DNA of 64,000 nt. It comes from Patescibacteria group bacterium (lineage in GTDB: Bacteria; Patescibacteriota; Patescibacteriia; SG8-24; DYFX01). Each line of letters starts with the position of its first letter. Position 1 is the first letter of the stretch. The translations under genes were made by a program, and so were the position numbers. The stretch is taken from NCBI GenBank assembly GCA_041659045.1, contig JBAZZB010000001.1, forward strand, positions 134,111 through 198,110. The letters run 5' to 3'. The notes beneath the pieces are model-generated. The model was not told the DNA's origin. It made no database searches and saw only the letters and a program-made list of their open reading frames with translations. Shown here piece after piece: positions 43,036 to 52,887 of this stretch.

Positions 43036-45624
43036 ATGCAAGAACACATCGTCATCAAAGGCGCGCGCGAGCACAACTTGAAAAACGTTGATCTCACGCT
43101 GCCGCGCAACAAAATGATCGTCCTGACGGGCGTCTCCGGTTCGGGGAAGTCGAGTTTGGCGTTCGATACGATCTTCGCTGAAGGCCAGCGCCGCTATGTT
43201 GAGTCGCTTTCGGCGTATGCGCGCCAATTTCTCGGACAGATGCAGAAACCGGACGTCGACGAAATCGAAGGTTTGTCGCCGGCGATCGCCATCGATCAGA
43301 AAGCCCACTCTTCGAACCCGCGCTCGACGGTTGCGACCATCACCGAAATTTACGACTATTTGCGCGTCCTGTACGCCCGCGTCGGGCGTCCGCATTGTGT
43401 TACCTGCAAAAAAGAAATCCGCAAGCTGACACCTGAAGAAATCGTGGACACGGCCGTTGAACGCACGAAGGCGATTCATTCCGAGCAGGTTGCCGAGAAC
43501 AAATCGATCAGCGGCAAAGAGTCGCTCTTGAAGAAAAAGAAAATTCATTACGATCACCTTAAAGTGCTGGCGCCGATCGTGCGCGGACGCAAGGGCGAGT
43601 ATCTGCAGCTGCTGAACGATCTTTATACCGCGGGTTTTGCCGAGGTGCGCGTCGACGGCAAGTGGAAGAATTTGCGTGAACGTATTTCGATGGCGCGTCA
43701 CGGTACGCACACGATCGAACTCCTCGTCGACCGCGTGCCGCTCGGTTGGCCGCTCGAAAACAATAAGGGCTTCCGCAGCCAGCTGGCGGAAGCCGTCGAA
43801 CAAGCGCTCGATCGCGCGAATGGTGTTGTGACGTTCGTGTATTCCGACGGTTCGGAGCACGTGATGTCATCGGAATACGCCTGCCCCGACGATGGTTTTT
43901 CGTTCCCGGAAGTTGAACCGCGTCTCTTCTCTTTCAACAGCCCATACGGCGCCTGCCCGACCTGCCATGGTCTCGGGACCGAATCCGTTTGGAGCGAAAA
44001 GGCTTGCCCAGAGTGTGACGGCGCGCGTCTTCGCAAAGAAGCGCTGCACGTTTGGCTCGGTGGTAAAAAGAGTATTCTTGACGTCACCTCGCTTTCGATT
44101 GACGAAGCGGCGGCGTTTTTCAACGGTCTCAAGCTTAACGACACGGAAAAAGAAATCTCGCTGTCCGTGCTGAAAGAAATCACCTCGCGCCTGCAATTCA
44201 TGCTGGACGTTGGCTTGAACTATCTGACGCTCTCGCGCAAAGCCGGTACGCTCTCGGGCGGTGAAGCGCAGCGCATTCGTTTGGCGTCACAGATCGGTTC
44301 AAAACTCGTCGGCGCTCTCTATGTGCTCGATGAACCGACGATCGGCTTGCACCAGCGCGATAACGCAAAGTTGCTCGAAACGCTGACGCACCTGCGCGAT
44401 CTCGGCAATACGATTATTGTCGTCGAACACGATGAGGACACGATTTTTACCGCCGATCATCTTGTCGACTTCGGTCCAGCCGCCGGCAAGCACGGTGGTC
44501 GCGTCGTGGCGCAAGGTTCGATGCCGGACGTTCTGATCAAAGGCCCGCACAATAAAGACTCGTTGACCGTCAAATATTTGAACGGCGACTTGAAGATCGC
44601 CGTACCGCGGAATCGCCGCACGAAGGACAAAGGCTCGATCCGCATCAAAGGCGCGTCCGAGAACAACTTGAAGAATATCGACGTCGAGATTCCGCTCGGC
44701 AAGTTCGTTTGTCTCACGGGTGTTTCCGGCTCCGGAAAATCGACGTTGATGGAAGATGTTCTTTGGAAGTCGCTCTCCAACAAGCTCAACGGTACGAGCT
44801 ATAAGCCGGGCAAGCACAAACAAATCCTCGGCCTCGAGCACCTCGATAAGGTTATCGTCATCGATCAATCGCCAATCGGCCGCACACCGCGTTCGAACCC
44901 CGCGACCTACACGGGGTCTTGGACGTACATCCGCGAGCTTTTTGCGTCGACCGCCGAGGCGCGCATGCGCGGCTACAAAATCGGACGCTTCTCGTTTAAC
45001 CGCCCAGGCGGACGCTGCGAGAACTGCGAAGGCAACGGCCAAATCGCGATTGAGATGCATTTCTTGCCGACGGTCTATGTTCAATGCGACGTCTGCAAAG
45101 GCCGCCGCTTCGACCGCGAAACGCTCGAAGTGAAGTACAAAGACAAGTCGATTTACGACATCTTGAAAATGACCGTCGAGGACTCGTGCGAATTCTTCCG
45201 CGACGTTCCGTGGATCTACGACAAATTGAAGTTGCTCAAAGAAGTCGGCTTGACGTATCTCGAACTCGGTCAGAGTGCGACGTCGCTCTCCGGTGGCGAA
45301 GCGCAGCGCGTGAAGCTTGCCTCCGAACTCTCCAAGCGCCAGACGGGACGCACGATCTATCTGCTCGATGAACCGACGACAGGTCTTCACTTTGCCGACA
45401 TCGATAAGCTGCTTGAAGTGTTGCATCGCCTCGTGAACTACGGCAACACGGTTTTGGTGATCGAACATAACCTCGACGTCATTAAGACGGCTGATCATGT
45501 GATCGACCTTGGACCCGAAGGAGGGGATCGTGGCGGTGAGGTTGTCGCGAGCGGCACTCCGGAGGAAGTCGTGCGCAGTGCGAAGTCGTTGACTGGAAAA
45601 TACTTGCGGAAGTACCTGAAATAA
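43036..45624 (+). CDS. uvrA: Excinuclease ABC subunit A UvrA
   Basis: Two ABC ATPase modules ([12 protein letters not shown]; [12 protein letters not shown]; second [10 protein letters not shown]; [12 protein letters not shown]) and zinc fingers CxxC. Confidence 0.95.
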   Translation: MQEHIVIKGAREHNLKNVDLTLPRNKMIVLTGVSGSGKSSLAFDTIFAEGQRRYVESLSAYARQFLGQMQKPDVDEIEGLSPAIAIDQKAHSSNPRSTVATITEIYDYLRVLYARVGRPHCVTCKKEIRKLTPEEIVDTAVERTKAIHSEQVAENKSISGKESLLKKKKIHYDHLKVLAPIVRGRKGEYLQLLNDLYTAGFAEVRVDGKWKNLRERISMARHGTHTIELLVDRVPLGWPLENNKGFRSQLAEAVEQALDRANGVVTFVYSDGSEHVMSSEYACPDDGFSFPEVEPRLFSFNSPYGACPTCHGLGTESVWSEKACPECDGARLRKEALHVWLGGKKSILDVTSLSIDEAAAFFNGLKLNDTEKEISLSVLKEITSRLQFMLDVGLNYLTLSRKAGTLSGGEAQRIRLASQIGSKLVGALYVLDEPTIGLHQRDNAKLLETLTHLRDLGNTIIVVEHDEDTIFTADHLVDFGPAAGKHGGRVVAQGSMPDVLIKGPHNKDSLTVKYLNGDLKIAVPRNRRTKDKGSIRIKGASENNLKNIDVEIPLGKFVCLTGVSGSGKSTLMEDVLWKSLSNKLNGTSYKPGKHKQILGLEHLDKVIVIDQSPIGRTPRSNPATYTGSWTYIRELFASTAEARMRGYKIGRFSFNRPGGRCENCEGNGQIAIEMHFLPTVYVQCDVCKGRRFDRETLEVKYKDKSIYDILKMTVEDSCEFFRDVPWIYDKLKLLKEVGLTYLELGQSATSLSGGEAQRVKLASELSKRQTGRTIYLLDEPTTGLHFADIDKLLEVLHRLVNYGNTVLVIEHNLDVIKTADHVIDLGPEGGDRGGEVVASGTPEEVVRSAKSLTGKYLRKYLK

Positions 45625-45640
45625 AAATCCGCGACCGAAG

Positions 45641-46171
45641 TCACGGATGCGAAGCGAGATGTGGTGGGGTCACGAGCAGAGCTTGTTCGACCCGCGGGTC
45701 GGCGTGGAGGCTCACAATGGTGGCAAGCCGGATTGGAGCAAGGTTCAGCTCCTCCGCGGCTTGCAGGAACTCCGGTAGGAATGATCCGTCGCGGATCGTC
45801 TTTACGGAGAAGCGCGGGTGCGGGTGGCTAACGACGCGGCCATCGTGCACGACTTCGTAGGAGATCTCGACGAGCGCGTATGGCCATGTTCCGTAATAGC
45901 CGTCGTTCTGTCCGATCTCCTTGAGCATGGACGGCTTGTCGACTGGTCCACCCTGCGTACCATCGGAATAGTGGAGACGGGTGAAGATCGCCGCGTCCCT
46001 GCGACAGAGATCGTTGATCCAGATGCTGCGCAGGATGACCGGTCCGAGACTGACCGCGTGCTGGCAGTCAGGCGTGTGGCACCGCTCGTCATCGCGCATG
46101 TGGAAACGATCGCCGATGCTCTCCGGGATCGTGCGTGAAGGAAGCTTTGTCACGGGACACCTCTTGGTCAT
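45641..46171 (-). CDS. Hypothetical protein (176 aa) in a GC-rich cassette between uvrA and uvrC
   Basis: Long ORF with high GC3 and no family recognised. A TTGACA-N17-TAGAAC promoter-like element lies on the minus strand at ~46176-46205 upstream of M1. Confidence 0.5.
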   Translation of the reverse strand: MTKRCPVTKLPSRTIPESIGDRFHMRDDERCHTPDCQHAVSLGPVILRSIWINDLCRRDAAIFTRLHYSDGTQGGPVDKPSMLKEIGQNDGYYGTWPYALVEISYEVVHDGRVVSHPHPRFSVKTIRDGSFLPEFLQAAEELNLAPIRLATIVSLHADPRVEQALLVTPPHLASHP

Positions 46172-46211
46172 TCGTTGTCCGTGTTCTAGCAGATGGAGAC
46201 GTTCGTGTCAA

Positions 46212-46240
46212 TAAAAAAAAGCGCCGAACGAGGTCGGACG
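46212..46240 (-). terminator. Probable intrinsic terminator (minus strand) after gene 46241-46531
   Basis: Imperfect GC hairpin followed by T8 on the minus strand. Confidence 0.45.
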
Positions 46241-46531
46241 CTAGTTGGGCAGATGCATGTGCGTGACGATGCGCTCGACGATGAACTTCTGCGAGACGCG
46301 CAGACGCTTGGCCAAGTGCCGGAGGCTCTCGGGGCGCTTGCCGTCGATCAGTGCCTGCACGTCGTAGACGTAGTGCATCCAGTGAATGTGCTTGCGCGGC
46401 TTGTAGACCGCCACCTCCACGTAGAGGTGCTTGTCGCCGCCGTAGCCGTAGTCGAGGTTCACCATGCGACCCCTGGGTCGTCCGCAGTCGGCCCCGATGT
46501 CGACGGACTTGATCACGACGGGGTGCTTCAT
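46241..46531 (-). CDS. Small protein (96 aa) with putative C-terminal helix-turn-helix
   Basis: ATG at 46531 with AAGGA 5 nt upstream; the C-terminal ...ESLRHLAKRLRVSQKFIVERIV segment is HTH-like. Confidence 0.5.
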   Translation of the reverse strand: MKHPVVIKSVDIGADCGRPRGRMVNLDYGYGGDKHLYVEVAVYKPRKHIHWMHYVYDVQALIDGKRPESLRHLAKRLRVSQKFIVERIVTHMHLPN

Positions 46532-46672
46532 CGGTCCTTGGAGCCGCGTGTCCTGACAGGTGAAGTACTTCTCGTCAGCCTTTCCCGTTGCTTGTTCGAT
46601 CTGCACGTTGTTCCTCCGTCTTGGTGATGAGCTTGAATTTTCTACCACACAAAAGTCGTTTCGTCAAGACCG

Positions 46673-46681
46673 TGTTATCAT
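46673..46681 (+). promoter_or_regulatory. Extended -10 TGtTATCAT 6 nt upstream of the uvrC ATG (leaderless candidate)
   Basis: TGnTATCAT at 46673-46681 with the ATG at 46688 and no SD. Confidence 0.4.
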
Positions 46682-46687
46682 TTTTCC

Positions 46688-47962
46688 ATGCGCTTGCCAG
46701 ACACGCTCAAACTCAAAGAAACCGACATCCCTGAAACCCCCGGCGTCTATTACATGAAAGACGCTGCGGGCAAAATTTTGTATGTCGGTAAAGCGGTTTC
46801 CTTGGCGCGCCGCATTCCGCAATATTGGCAGCGTCCGCATGGTGAGCATATTGAGAAGATGGTGCCATCGATTGCGGAAATCGATTGGCAAGTCGTGCCG
46901 ACGGCCATCGAAGCTTTGATTCTCGAAGCGAACGAAATCCGAAAGCTCAAGCCGCCGTACAACGTCATTGGGAAAGATGATTCAAGTTTTTTGCACGTCG
47001 CAATCACGAACGAACCCTACCCGAAGCCGGTTTTGATTCGCGGCTACGAGCTGGAGGCCACGCCGAAAAAGAAATTCAAATACGTTTTCGGGCCCTACAC
47101 GTCATCGACGTCGATTCGCGCGGCGCTTGAACTCACCCGCAAGCTGTTTCATTGGTCTGATTGCCAACCGAATCAGAAGCGCCCGTGCTTCTACTATCAC
47201 ATTAAACTCTGCCCCGGCGTCTGCGTTGGAAAAATTTCGCGCCGTGACTACGCGAAAATCATTCGACGCTTGGTGCTGTTCTTTGATGGCAAAAAAACGC
47301 AGATTTTGAAGGAGACCGAACGGCAAATGAAATCTGCGGCTAAAGCGGAAAACTTTGAAGAAGCGGCCAGGCTTCGCAATCTTTCGTTCGCGCTGACGCA
47401 TATTCAAGATATTTCGGTGCTCAAGCGTGAAGAAGATCCACGCGAGGCTCGCGAACTTGGTATCAATATCTTCGGGCGCATCGAGGCCTACGACATCTCG
47501 AATATCATGGGGCAGCAAGCCGTCGCCTCGGGAGTCGTTTTTGTCGAAGGCTTGCCGCGCAAGAGTCTCTACAAGAAATTCAAAATCAAAACCGTCGAAG
47601 GTGCGAATGATATTGCGATGATGAAGGAGGTGTTGCGCCGCCGTTTCGCGCACGCTTCGCCGGGCGACAAGAACGAAGAGTGGAAGCTCCCGGATCTTCT
47701 TGTTATTGACGGTGGAAGGGGGCAGGTCAACGCCGCGATGGAAATTCTGATGCGGCTCGGCTTGAGGATTCCGACGATCGGCCTGGCGAAAGGCCCTGAT
47801 CGCAAACAAGACGTCGTCGTGTACGGCGAACGGACGCCGGAACTTGTTCGCGTCGTGACGCGGTACAAGAAGATCTTGCAGCACGCGCGCGACGAGGCGC
47901 ATCGGTTTGCCGTGAGTTATCACCGCAAGCGCCGGGCTGAAAAATTTCTCGGCCGGAGCTGA
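46688..47962 (+). CDS. uvrC: Excinuclease ABC subunit C UvrC, short form lacking the C-terminal (HhH)2 domain
   Basis: GIY-YIG (GVYYMKDAAGKILYVGKA), UvrB-binding motif (...FEEAARLRNLSFAL) and an RNase H-like endonuclease domain. 424 aa, versus ~600 for canonical UvrC. Confidence 0.85.
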   Translation: MRLPDTLKLKETDIPETPGVYYMKDAAGKILYVGKAVSLARRIPQYWQRPHGEHIEKMVPSIAEIDWQVVPTAIEALILEANEIRKLKPPYNVIGKDDSSFLHVAITNEPYPKPVLIRGYELEATPKKKFKYVFGPYTSSTSIRAALELTRKLFHWSDCQPNQKRPCFYYHIKLCPGVCVGKISRRDYAKIIRRLVLFFDGKKTQILKETERQMKSAAKAENFEEAARLRNLSFALTHIQDISVLKREEDPREARELGINIFGRIEAYDISNIMGQQAVASGVVFVEGLPRKSLYKKFKIKTVEGANDIAMMKEVLRRRFAHASPGDKNEEWKLPDLLVIDGGRGQVNAAMEILMRLGLRIPTIGLAKGPDRKQDVVVYGERTPELVRVVTRYKKILQHARDEAHRFAVSYHRKRRAEKFLGRS

Positions 47963-47996
47963 CGCGCTTCTGCCGATATAAAGAGTTGTTAACATT

Positions 47997-48034
47997 TTAA
48001 AAAAAAGAGACTCCGACATGAGTGTGGGAGTCTA
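47997..48034 (-). terminator. Intrinsic terminator (minus strand) after the ScyD-like gene; convergent with uvrC
   Basis: AGACTCC-loop-GGAGTCT hairpin followed by T8 on the minus strand. Confidence 0.7.
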
Positions 48035-48072
48035 AAGGAAAAACGTGTGGGCCTAGCAGGGCCGGAAGCGAC

Positions 48073-49224
48073 TTACTGGCCGCAGGTGGTGTGCGGACCA
48101 GGAACGTCGATCCGAACGATCTCGCCCAGGCCGCTTTGCGTTCCGACGCCGTAGCCACGGTTCGAGACGAAGAGGTCGCCTTCCGGGCCGAAAGCCATGC
48201 CGGTGGGCAGCGTCAGTCCTTGCGCGACGACCTGCAATCCTTCGTCGGTCCACCGCAGCACACGACCGCTGGCCGTCGTCAAGAACGGCGGGTACGGCGT
48301 GTTGCCTGTCGAGGACTCGAGTAAGTACAGCTTCCCGGCGCAGTCGAAGGCAAGATCCATGACGGTCGTGAGTCCTGTCATGAGGTGCGTCACCTGGCCG
48401 GCGGGCGTGACCTTGAACAGGTGCGCCTGACCGTCAGGATACGGCAGCTCGCCGAACGTGCCGACGTAGAAGTTCCCATCCTTGCCGTGAGCGAGCGACG
48501 TATAGGTGAGCTGACCGATGAGCGAGAGGTCTGCCACGCGCGTGACCGTGCCATCGAGCTCCGCCTTGAGCAGCTGCGCGTGGTTTCCTTCCAGCACGTA
48601 GAAGCTGTTGCCGACGACGACCGTATCGGTCGGAACGCCGTCCGGGGCCGTATCGTCGTCTGCTGGCCCCGCGGTCGGGTTGGCGAGGATCCAGGCGCCG
48701 AGGTCGACGACCAGGGTGCGCGCGCCGCCGGCGTCCATCCGGTAGATGCCCTTCGGCTGGTCGGCCGGATTTCCGGTCGAGCAGCCGCCGCCTTGGACGA
48801 CGACGTACGGCACTCCGCCCATGAAGACGATCTCCTCGGGCCCGACCACCTCCGAACCGGTCCATGGCGTGGTCTGCCCCGAAGGAAGGCCGTCGCTGAA
48901 CGTGCTGCGCACGCCGTCGACGCCGATCTTCGACACGCGGCCCGTGGGGCCACCCGTGATCGGCCCGAGAGGCTCGGGAGCCTGCTCGCAGAGGCCGACC
49001 GTGGAGTTGGAGCCGCCGCGTCCCGCCTCGGCGACGAAGAGTATGTCTCCGTCGAATGCGAGGCCGCGTGGGTTGTCCAGGTTGGTCGTGAAGACCGTGA
49101 CGGGCGCCGTTAGCGCAGGATCCGTCGTCGATGTGTCGGTGTCGTCCGAGCCAAGCGCGACGCAAGCGCCGAGCATTAGCATGCCGACAAGGGTGAGTCG
49201 CCGTTTCATTCCTAATATTTCCAT
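48073..49224 (-). CDS. ScyD/ScyE family beta-propeller lipoprotein
   Basis: ATG at 49224 with AGGAGG 7 nt upstream; lipobox LGAC; repeated ...GLAFDGDILFVAEAG... and ...GMAFGPEGDLFVSN... blades; GC3-rich. Confidence 0.65.
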   Translation of the reverse strand: MEILGMKRRLTLVGMLMLGACVALGSDDTDTSTTDPALTAPVTVFTTNLDNPRGLAFDGDILFVAEAGRGGSNSTVGLCEQAPEPLGPITGGPTGRVSKIGVDGVRSTFSDGLPSGQTTPWTGSEVVGPEEIVFMGGVPYVVVQGGGCSTGNPADQPKGIYRMDAGGARTLVVDLGAWILANPTAGPADDDTAPDGVPTDTVVVGNSFYVLEGNHAQLLKAELDGTVTRVADLSLIGQLTYTSLAHGKDGNFYVGTFGELPYPDGQAHLFKVTPAGQVTHLMTGLTTVMDLAFDCAGKLYLLESSTGNTPYPPFLTTASGRVLRWTDEGLQVVAQGLTLPTGMAFGPEGDLFVSNRGYGVGTQSGLGEIVRIDVPGPHTTCGQ

Positions 49225-49370
49225 CCGAATCCTCCTGAGCTTTATGCGGTACACACGCGTTCAACGCGAACGCGTCAGCACCGCCAGGAGGTTTTACGCT
49301 CTCCTGCAAAAAGTGTCAAGCCCCGCAGGACACTCAGATTTTTCCGGCTGTTTTTTATCCCCAATTTCCG

Positions 49371-49437
49371 GTGGGGAACAGGGTTGTCTTGTGGTAAAAA
49401 GTGGGGTATAATACCTGCATCGTGGTGGGAAGTGGGG
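49371..49437 (+). promoter_or_regulatory. Pmra promoter region with GTGGG(G) direct repeats (MraZ boxes)
   Basis: TTGTCT (49384-49389), 17 nt, TATAAT (49407-49412). GTGGGG repeats at 49371, 49401 and 49432 (about 30-nt phasing), plus GTGGTGGG at 49422. Confidence 0.55.
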
Positions 49438-49455
49438 AAAACACAAAAAAACGTT

Positions 49456-49887
49456 ATGTTTATTGGCGAGTATCGACATTCGATCGACGACAAAGGACGC
49501 CTGGCGATTCCGGTGAAATTTCGCGGGGATCTTGAGTCTGGCGCGATCGTCACGCGCGGCCTCGACGGCTGTCTGTATGTCTATACGCCTGCCGAGTGGC
49601 AGAAGTTGGCCGACAAACTCGCCGCCATGCCGATGAGTCAATCCAATTCTCGCGCCTTCGCCCGCTTGATGCTGGCCGGTGCCATGGATTGCGCCATCGA
49701 CAAGCAGGGGAGGATCGTCCTGCCCGATTACCTTCGTTCGTACGCCGGTCTCAAAAAGAACACGGTCGTGGCCGGTTTGTATAACCACTTGGAGCTCTGG
49801 GACGAAAAAGCTTGGAACACCTACAAGCAGAAAACCGAGAAGGACTCCGGCGAGATTGCGGAGCAGCTCGGTTCACTCGGCGTGTAG
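49456..49887 (+). CDS. mraZ: Transcriptional regulator MraZ
   Basis: MFIGEYRHSIDDKGRLAIPVKFR...GRIVLPDYLRSYAG: tandem SpoVT/AbrB-like MraZ domains. Confidence 0.9.
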   Translation: MFIGEYRHSIDDKGRLAIPVKFRGDLESGAIVTRGLDGCLYVYTPAEWQKLADKLAAMPMSQSNSRAFARLMLAGAMDCAIDKQGRIVLPDYLRSYAGLKKNTVVAGLYNHLELWDEKAWNTYKQKTEKDSGEIAEQLGSLGV

Positions 49888-49888
49888 T

Positions 49889-50773
49889 ATGCCAGGCCAC
49901 ATCCCCGTTCTCCTTGAAGAAGTTCTTTCGAACCTGAATCTCAAACCGAACGACAGCGTCATCGACGCGACGCTTGGCGGAGGCGGACACGCCTCGGCGC
50001 TCCTGGAGGCGACCTCACCGAATGGTCGGCTCCTGGGGATCGAATGGGATGCGCGCACGTTGGAGGAGACTCGCAAAAAGCTTGAAGGTTACGGCTCCCG
50101 CGCCATGCTTGTCCGCGGAAGCTATCGTGACATCGAGAAGTTTGCGGGGGCGTGCGCCTTCCCAGAAGTCTCCGGTATCTTGTTTGACCTCGGGTACTCT
50201 TCGTTCCAAATTGACGATCCGGATCGTGGCTTCTCGTTCCGTTTCGACGGACCGCTCGACATGCGGTACGACGTCTCGGGTGACCTGACCGCGGCGGATA
50301 TCGTCAATACATGGCCGAAAGAGGAACTCGTGCGCATCTTTCGCGACTACGGAGAAGAACGCGCGTCTGGCCGCATGGTCGCCGCGATTCTCCAAGCTCG
50401 CGAACACGTTTCGATCACCACAACCGCGCAGTTTGCCGCCATTATCGCTTCTGCCGTGCCGGAGCGCACACGCTGGGGCAAGCCGAAGATCCACCCCGCG
50501 ACGCAAGCATTTCAAGCGCTGCGCATCGCGACCAATGACGAGCTTGGAAACGTCGAAGCCGTGCTGCCACAGGCCGTCCGTCTGCTCAAACCAGGAGGCC
50601 GACTGGCCGTCATCAGCTTCCACTCGCTCGAAGATCGCATCGTCAAAAACTTCTTTGAAGAATCGGAAGAACTTGAGGTTTTGACTCGCAAGCCGATCAT
50701 GGCGGGAAAGAACGAACTCGAGATCAATCCACGCGCCCGCTCCGCAAAGCTGCGGGTTGCGATCAAACGCTAA
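49889..50773 (+). CDS. rsmH: 16S rRNA (cytosine1402-N4)-methyltransferase RsmH (MraW)
   Basis: HIPVLLEEVL...DATLGGGGHA...DLGYSSFQID, classic RsmH motifs. Confidence 0.9.
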   Translation: MPGHIPVLLEEVLSNLNLKPNDSVIDATLGGGGHASALLEATSPNGRLLGIEWDARTLEETRKKLEGYGSRAMLVRGSYRDIEKFAGACAFPEVSGILFDLGYSSFQIDDPDRGFSFRFDGPLDMRYDVSGDLTAADIVNTWPKEELVRIFRDYGEERASGRMVAAILQAREHVSITTTAQFAAIIASAVPERTRWGKPKIHPATQAFQALRIATNDELGNVEAVLPQAVRLLKPGGRLAVISFHSLEDRIVKNFFEESEELEVLTRKPIMAGKNELEINPRARSAKLRVAIKR

Positions 50774-50777
50774 AACC

Positions 50778-51119
50778 ATGGCACGCAAATTCCATCATCG
50801 CCACGTTCCGCAACTTGCGCGTAAAACGCGGAGCGGTTCGCGTACGAAGCCGATGGCTCTGGTGCTTGGTCTCCTCGTTGTGTTGTTCGGTGCGGGATAC
50901 CTCGTACAAATCAATATTGCATCGTCCAAGGGGTACCAAATCCGCTCGCTTGAAAATCAGATTTCGGAGCTGAAAGAGCAGAGCGAGCGCCTTGAACTCA
51001 AGGTTGCGCAAGAGCAGTCCGTTCAGGCAGTTGAAAACAAGGTACAGAGCATGGGCATGGTGCCGACGCCGAACGTCGAATACATCGCCGTTACGGCGCC
51101 AACCGTGGCACAACGATAA
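50778..51119 (+). CDS. ftsL: Cell division protein FtsL-like
   Basis: Single TM (MALVLGLLVVLFGAGYLV) followed by a coiled coil; position after rsmH. Confidence 0.6.
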   Translation: MARKFHHRHVPQLARKTRSGSRTKPMALVLGLLVVLFGAGYLVQINIASSKGYQIRSLENQISELKEQSERLELKVAQEQSVQAVENKVQSMGMVPTPNVEYIAVTAPTVAQR

Positions 51120-51135
51120 TTTGAAAAAAGAAAAG

Positions 51136-51164
51136 ACCCGGACATCAGGATGTCCGGGTTTTGC
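51136..51164. terminator. Bidirectional intrinsic terminator between convergent ftsL and CDP-alcohol transferase genes
   Basis: CCCGGACAT-cagg-ATGTCCGGG followed by TTTT; an A/T run also on the other side. Confidence 0.8.
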
Positions 51165-51831
51165 GTTGTCGCAGGACGCTGTACGTCTGCGTCATGAACG
51201 AAACGCCACCAAGCGCAGTGGCGGCGCTGAAGACGACGAGCGCTGGCATCTCGAGCGCCATACCAGCTGCCAAGAAGACAAGGAGCGTGATCGACAGGAT
51301 TTCTCCGTAGACTTTGAACTTGCCCCAGGCATTCGCTCCTGGCTTGAGTCCCCAGCGCCACTCAACGAGGAGGCGCCCGAACGTCAGCATGAAGGCGAAG
51401 GCAATCGCTAGCCAGATGATGGCGTGGGGGAAGACCCCCCAACCGAGCGGCAGGAGCGCCGCGAAGTAGCGGATCTTGTCGACGAAGGGGTCGATCTTCT
51501 TGCCGAATTCCGTTGGGCCGAGACGCAGTGATTCCGTTCGATGCGAGCGGAGATCAAGACGACCGGCAGTGTGCAAGCGCTGCTGATAGCGCGCGAGGGC
51601 GCCATCAAGCCAATCGGTCAGCGAGCTGATCGCGAAGAGAATGGCGCCCCAAGCGATGTAGCCGCGCAGGAAGGCGACGATCATTGGAAGAGCCAACAGG
51701 CCGCCGATGATCGTCACGACGTTCGGGGGTACACGGGCAAAGGCACCCGCTTGTCGAAGGACGCCGTCGGAGAAGCGACCAGCACCTTCGAACTCGCTTC
51801 TCTCGTACCATGGACCGTTTTTATCGCTCAT
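51145..51831 (-). CDS. CDP-alcohol phosphatidyltransferase (PgsA-like)
   Basis: DWLDGALAR (DG(x)2AR) motif and multiple TM helices. Confidence 0.8.
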   Translation of the reverse strand: MSDKNGPWYERSEFEGAGRFSDGVLRQAGAFARVPPNVVTIIGGLLALPMIVAFLRGYIAWGAILFAISSLTDWLDGALARYQQRLHTAGRLDLRSHRTESLRLGPTEFGKKIDPFVDKIRYFAALLPLGWGVFPHAIIWLAIAFAFMLTFGRLLVEWRWGLKPGANAWGKFKVYGEILSITLLVFLAAGMALEMPALVVFSAATALGGVSFMTQTYSVLRQRKTRTS

Positions 51832-51929
51832 GCGTCATCCTCCAGCCGCGAAGCGGCTTTTCTGTATATACCATCCTGACCCTTTTGACAAGATGGCTGT
51901 TTCGTGTTCGGATAGGGGTAGGAGGCGAC

Positions 51930-52577
51930 ATGATCGAGAACCGTGATACGTTCTTTGCCCGTTTGCAGACATTGCCGTGGAGCGCGGTCTTGTCGGAGGA
52001 CGAGATCGATCGCATCGAGCTGACCTACGATCTCGCGAAGAACGCGCATCGTGGCCAGACTCGCAAGGACGGCGAACGGTACTTCGAGCACCCACGCCGT
52101 GCCACGTTGACCGTTCTGGACGACTTGGTGATCGTCGAAGCGCGGGTCGTGATGGACGCGCTCCTGCATGACACCTACGAAGACTGCGCCAGGTATCTGA
52201 AGCCGTCGAAGATCCGCATTGTCAGCGGGCCCGATGTCGCGAGGGATATCCGACTGCTCTCGAAGGTTCCCAAGGAGGGCAGCTTTGATCGACTCATGCT
52301 GCATGCGGAGTGGCAGCCGCTCGTCGTGAAGGGTTGCGATCGGCTCGACAACTTGCGCGGCCTCGCTCACATGGACGACGCGTTCAAGTTGAAGCAGCTT
52401 CGCGAGACTTCCGAGACGTATCTGCCGCTCTTCCGGCGTTTGACCGAGTACGACGCGCCGATGCGCTATCGCCCCGCCTGCGAGAAGCTCTACAACCTCC
52501 TCGTCCAGGCGTACAATGCGACGGCGATCACGATTGGTGTTGCGGCACAGCCCGACTTTCAAGGAGTCGTTCCATGA
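51930..52577 (+). CDS. HD domain protein, (p)ppGpp hydrolase-like
   Basis: GGAGG RBS; HRGQTRKDGERYFEHP...VLDD resembles the RelA/SpoT HD motif. Confidence 0.65.
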   Translation: MIENRDTFFARLQTLPWSAVLSEDEIDRIELTYDLAKNAHRGQTRKDGERYFEHPRRATLTVLDDLVIVEARVVMDALLHDTYEDCARYLKPSKIRIVSGPDVARDIRLLSKVPKEGSFDRLMLHAEWQPLVVKGCDRLDNLRGLAHMDDAFKLKQLRETSETYLPLFRRLTEYDAPMRYRPACEKLYNLLVQAYNATAITIGVAAQPDFQGVVP

Positions 52578-52861
52578 AACTCGATCGCATTCGAGACCTC
52601 CAGAGTCTCTATCCAGATGGACGCCGCGTCAGGATCGCTCCGAAGTCGGATGAGATTCGCGCGAAGATTCCTGCCGGTGTGACTGAAGGTATTGTTCGCA
52701 GCGTCGTTCCCATGCCGTCGAACGCGGAAGCGCCCGACCAAGAAGCCCCACCCCTCGAACGCTTCGGCGTGCAGGTGGAGTACGAGCTTCCGTCCGGACA
52801 GATCGACCGCATCATTCTCGACATTGCTGATGTCGAGGTGCTCCCTCACGACTCCTCGTGA
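52574..52861 (+). CDS. Hypothetical protein (95 aa), operonic with the HD-domain gene
   Basis: ATGA overlap; AAGGAG 8 nt upstream. Confidence 0.5.
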   Translation: MKLDRIRDLQSLYPDGRRVRIAPKSDEIRAKIPAGVTEGIVRSVVPMPSNAEAPDQEAPPLERFGVQVEYELPSGQIDRIILDIADVEVLPHDSS

Positions 52862-52887
52862 GGTTTTTTGTAAGAAAAAAGCCCTCG

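Noticed and set aside
48385-49411. Multiple long overlapping ORFs on both strands within the ScyD-like gene
   Set aside because: High-GC artefacts. Only the frame starting at 49224 has an RBS, a lipobox signal peptide and repeated beta-propeller motifs.
51845-51863. GCCGC-gaa-GCGGC hairpin plus TTTTCT in the divergent promoter region between the CDP-alcohol transferase and HD-domain genes
   Set aside because: No upstream plus-strand gene for it to terminate. It could be an attenuator, but the evidence is a single short hairpin.
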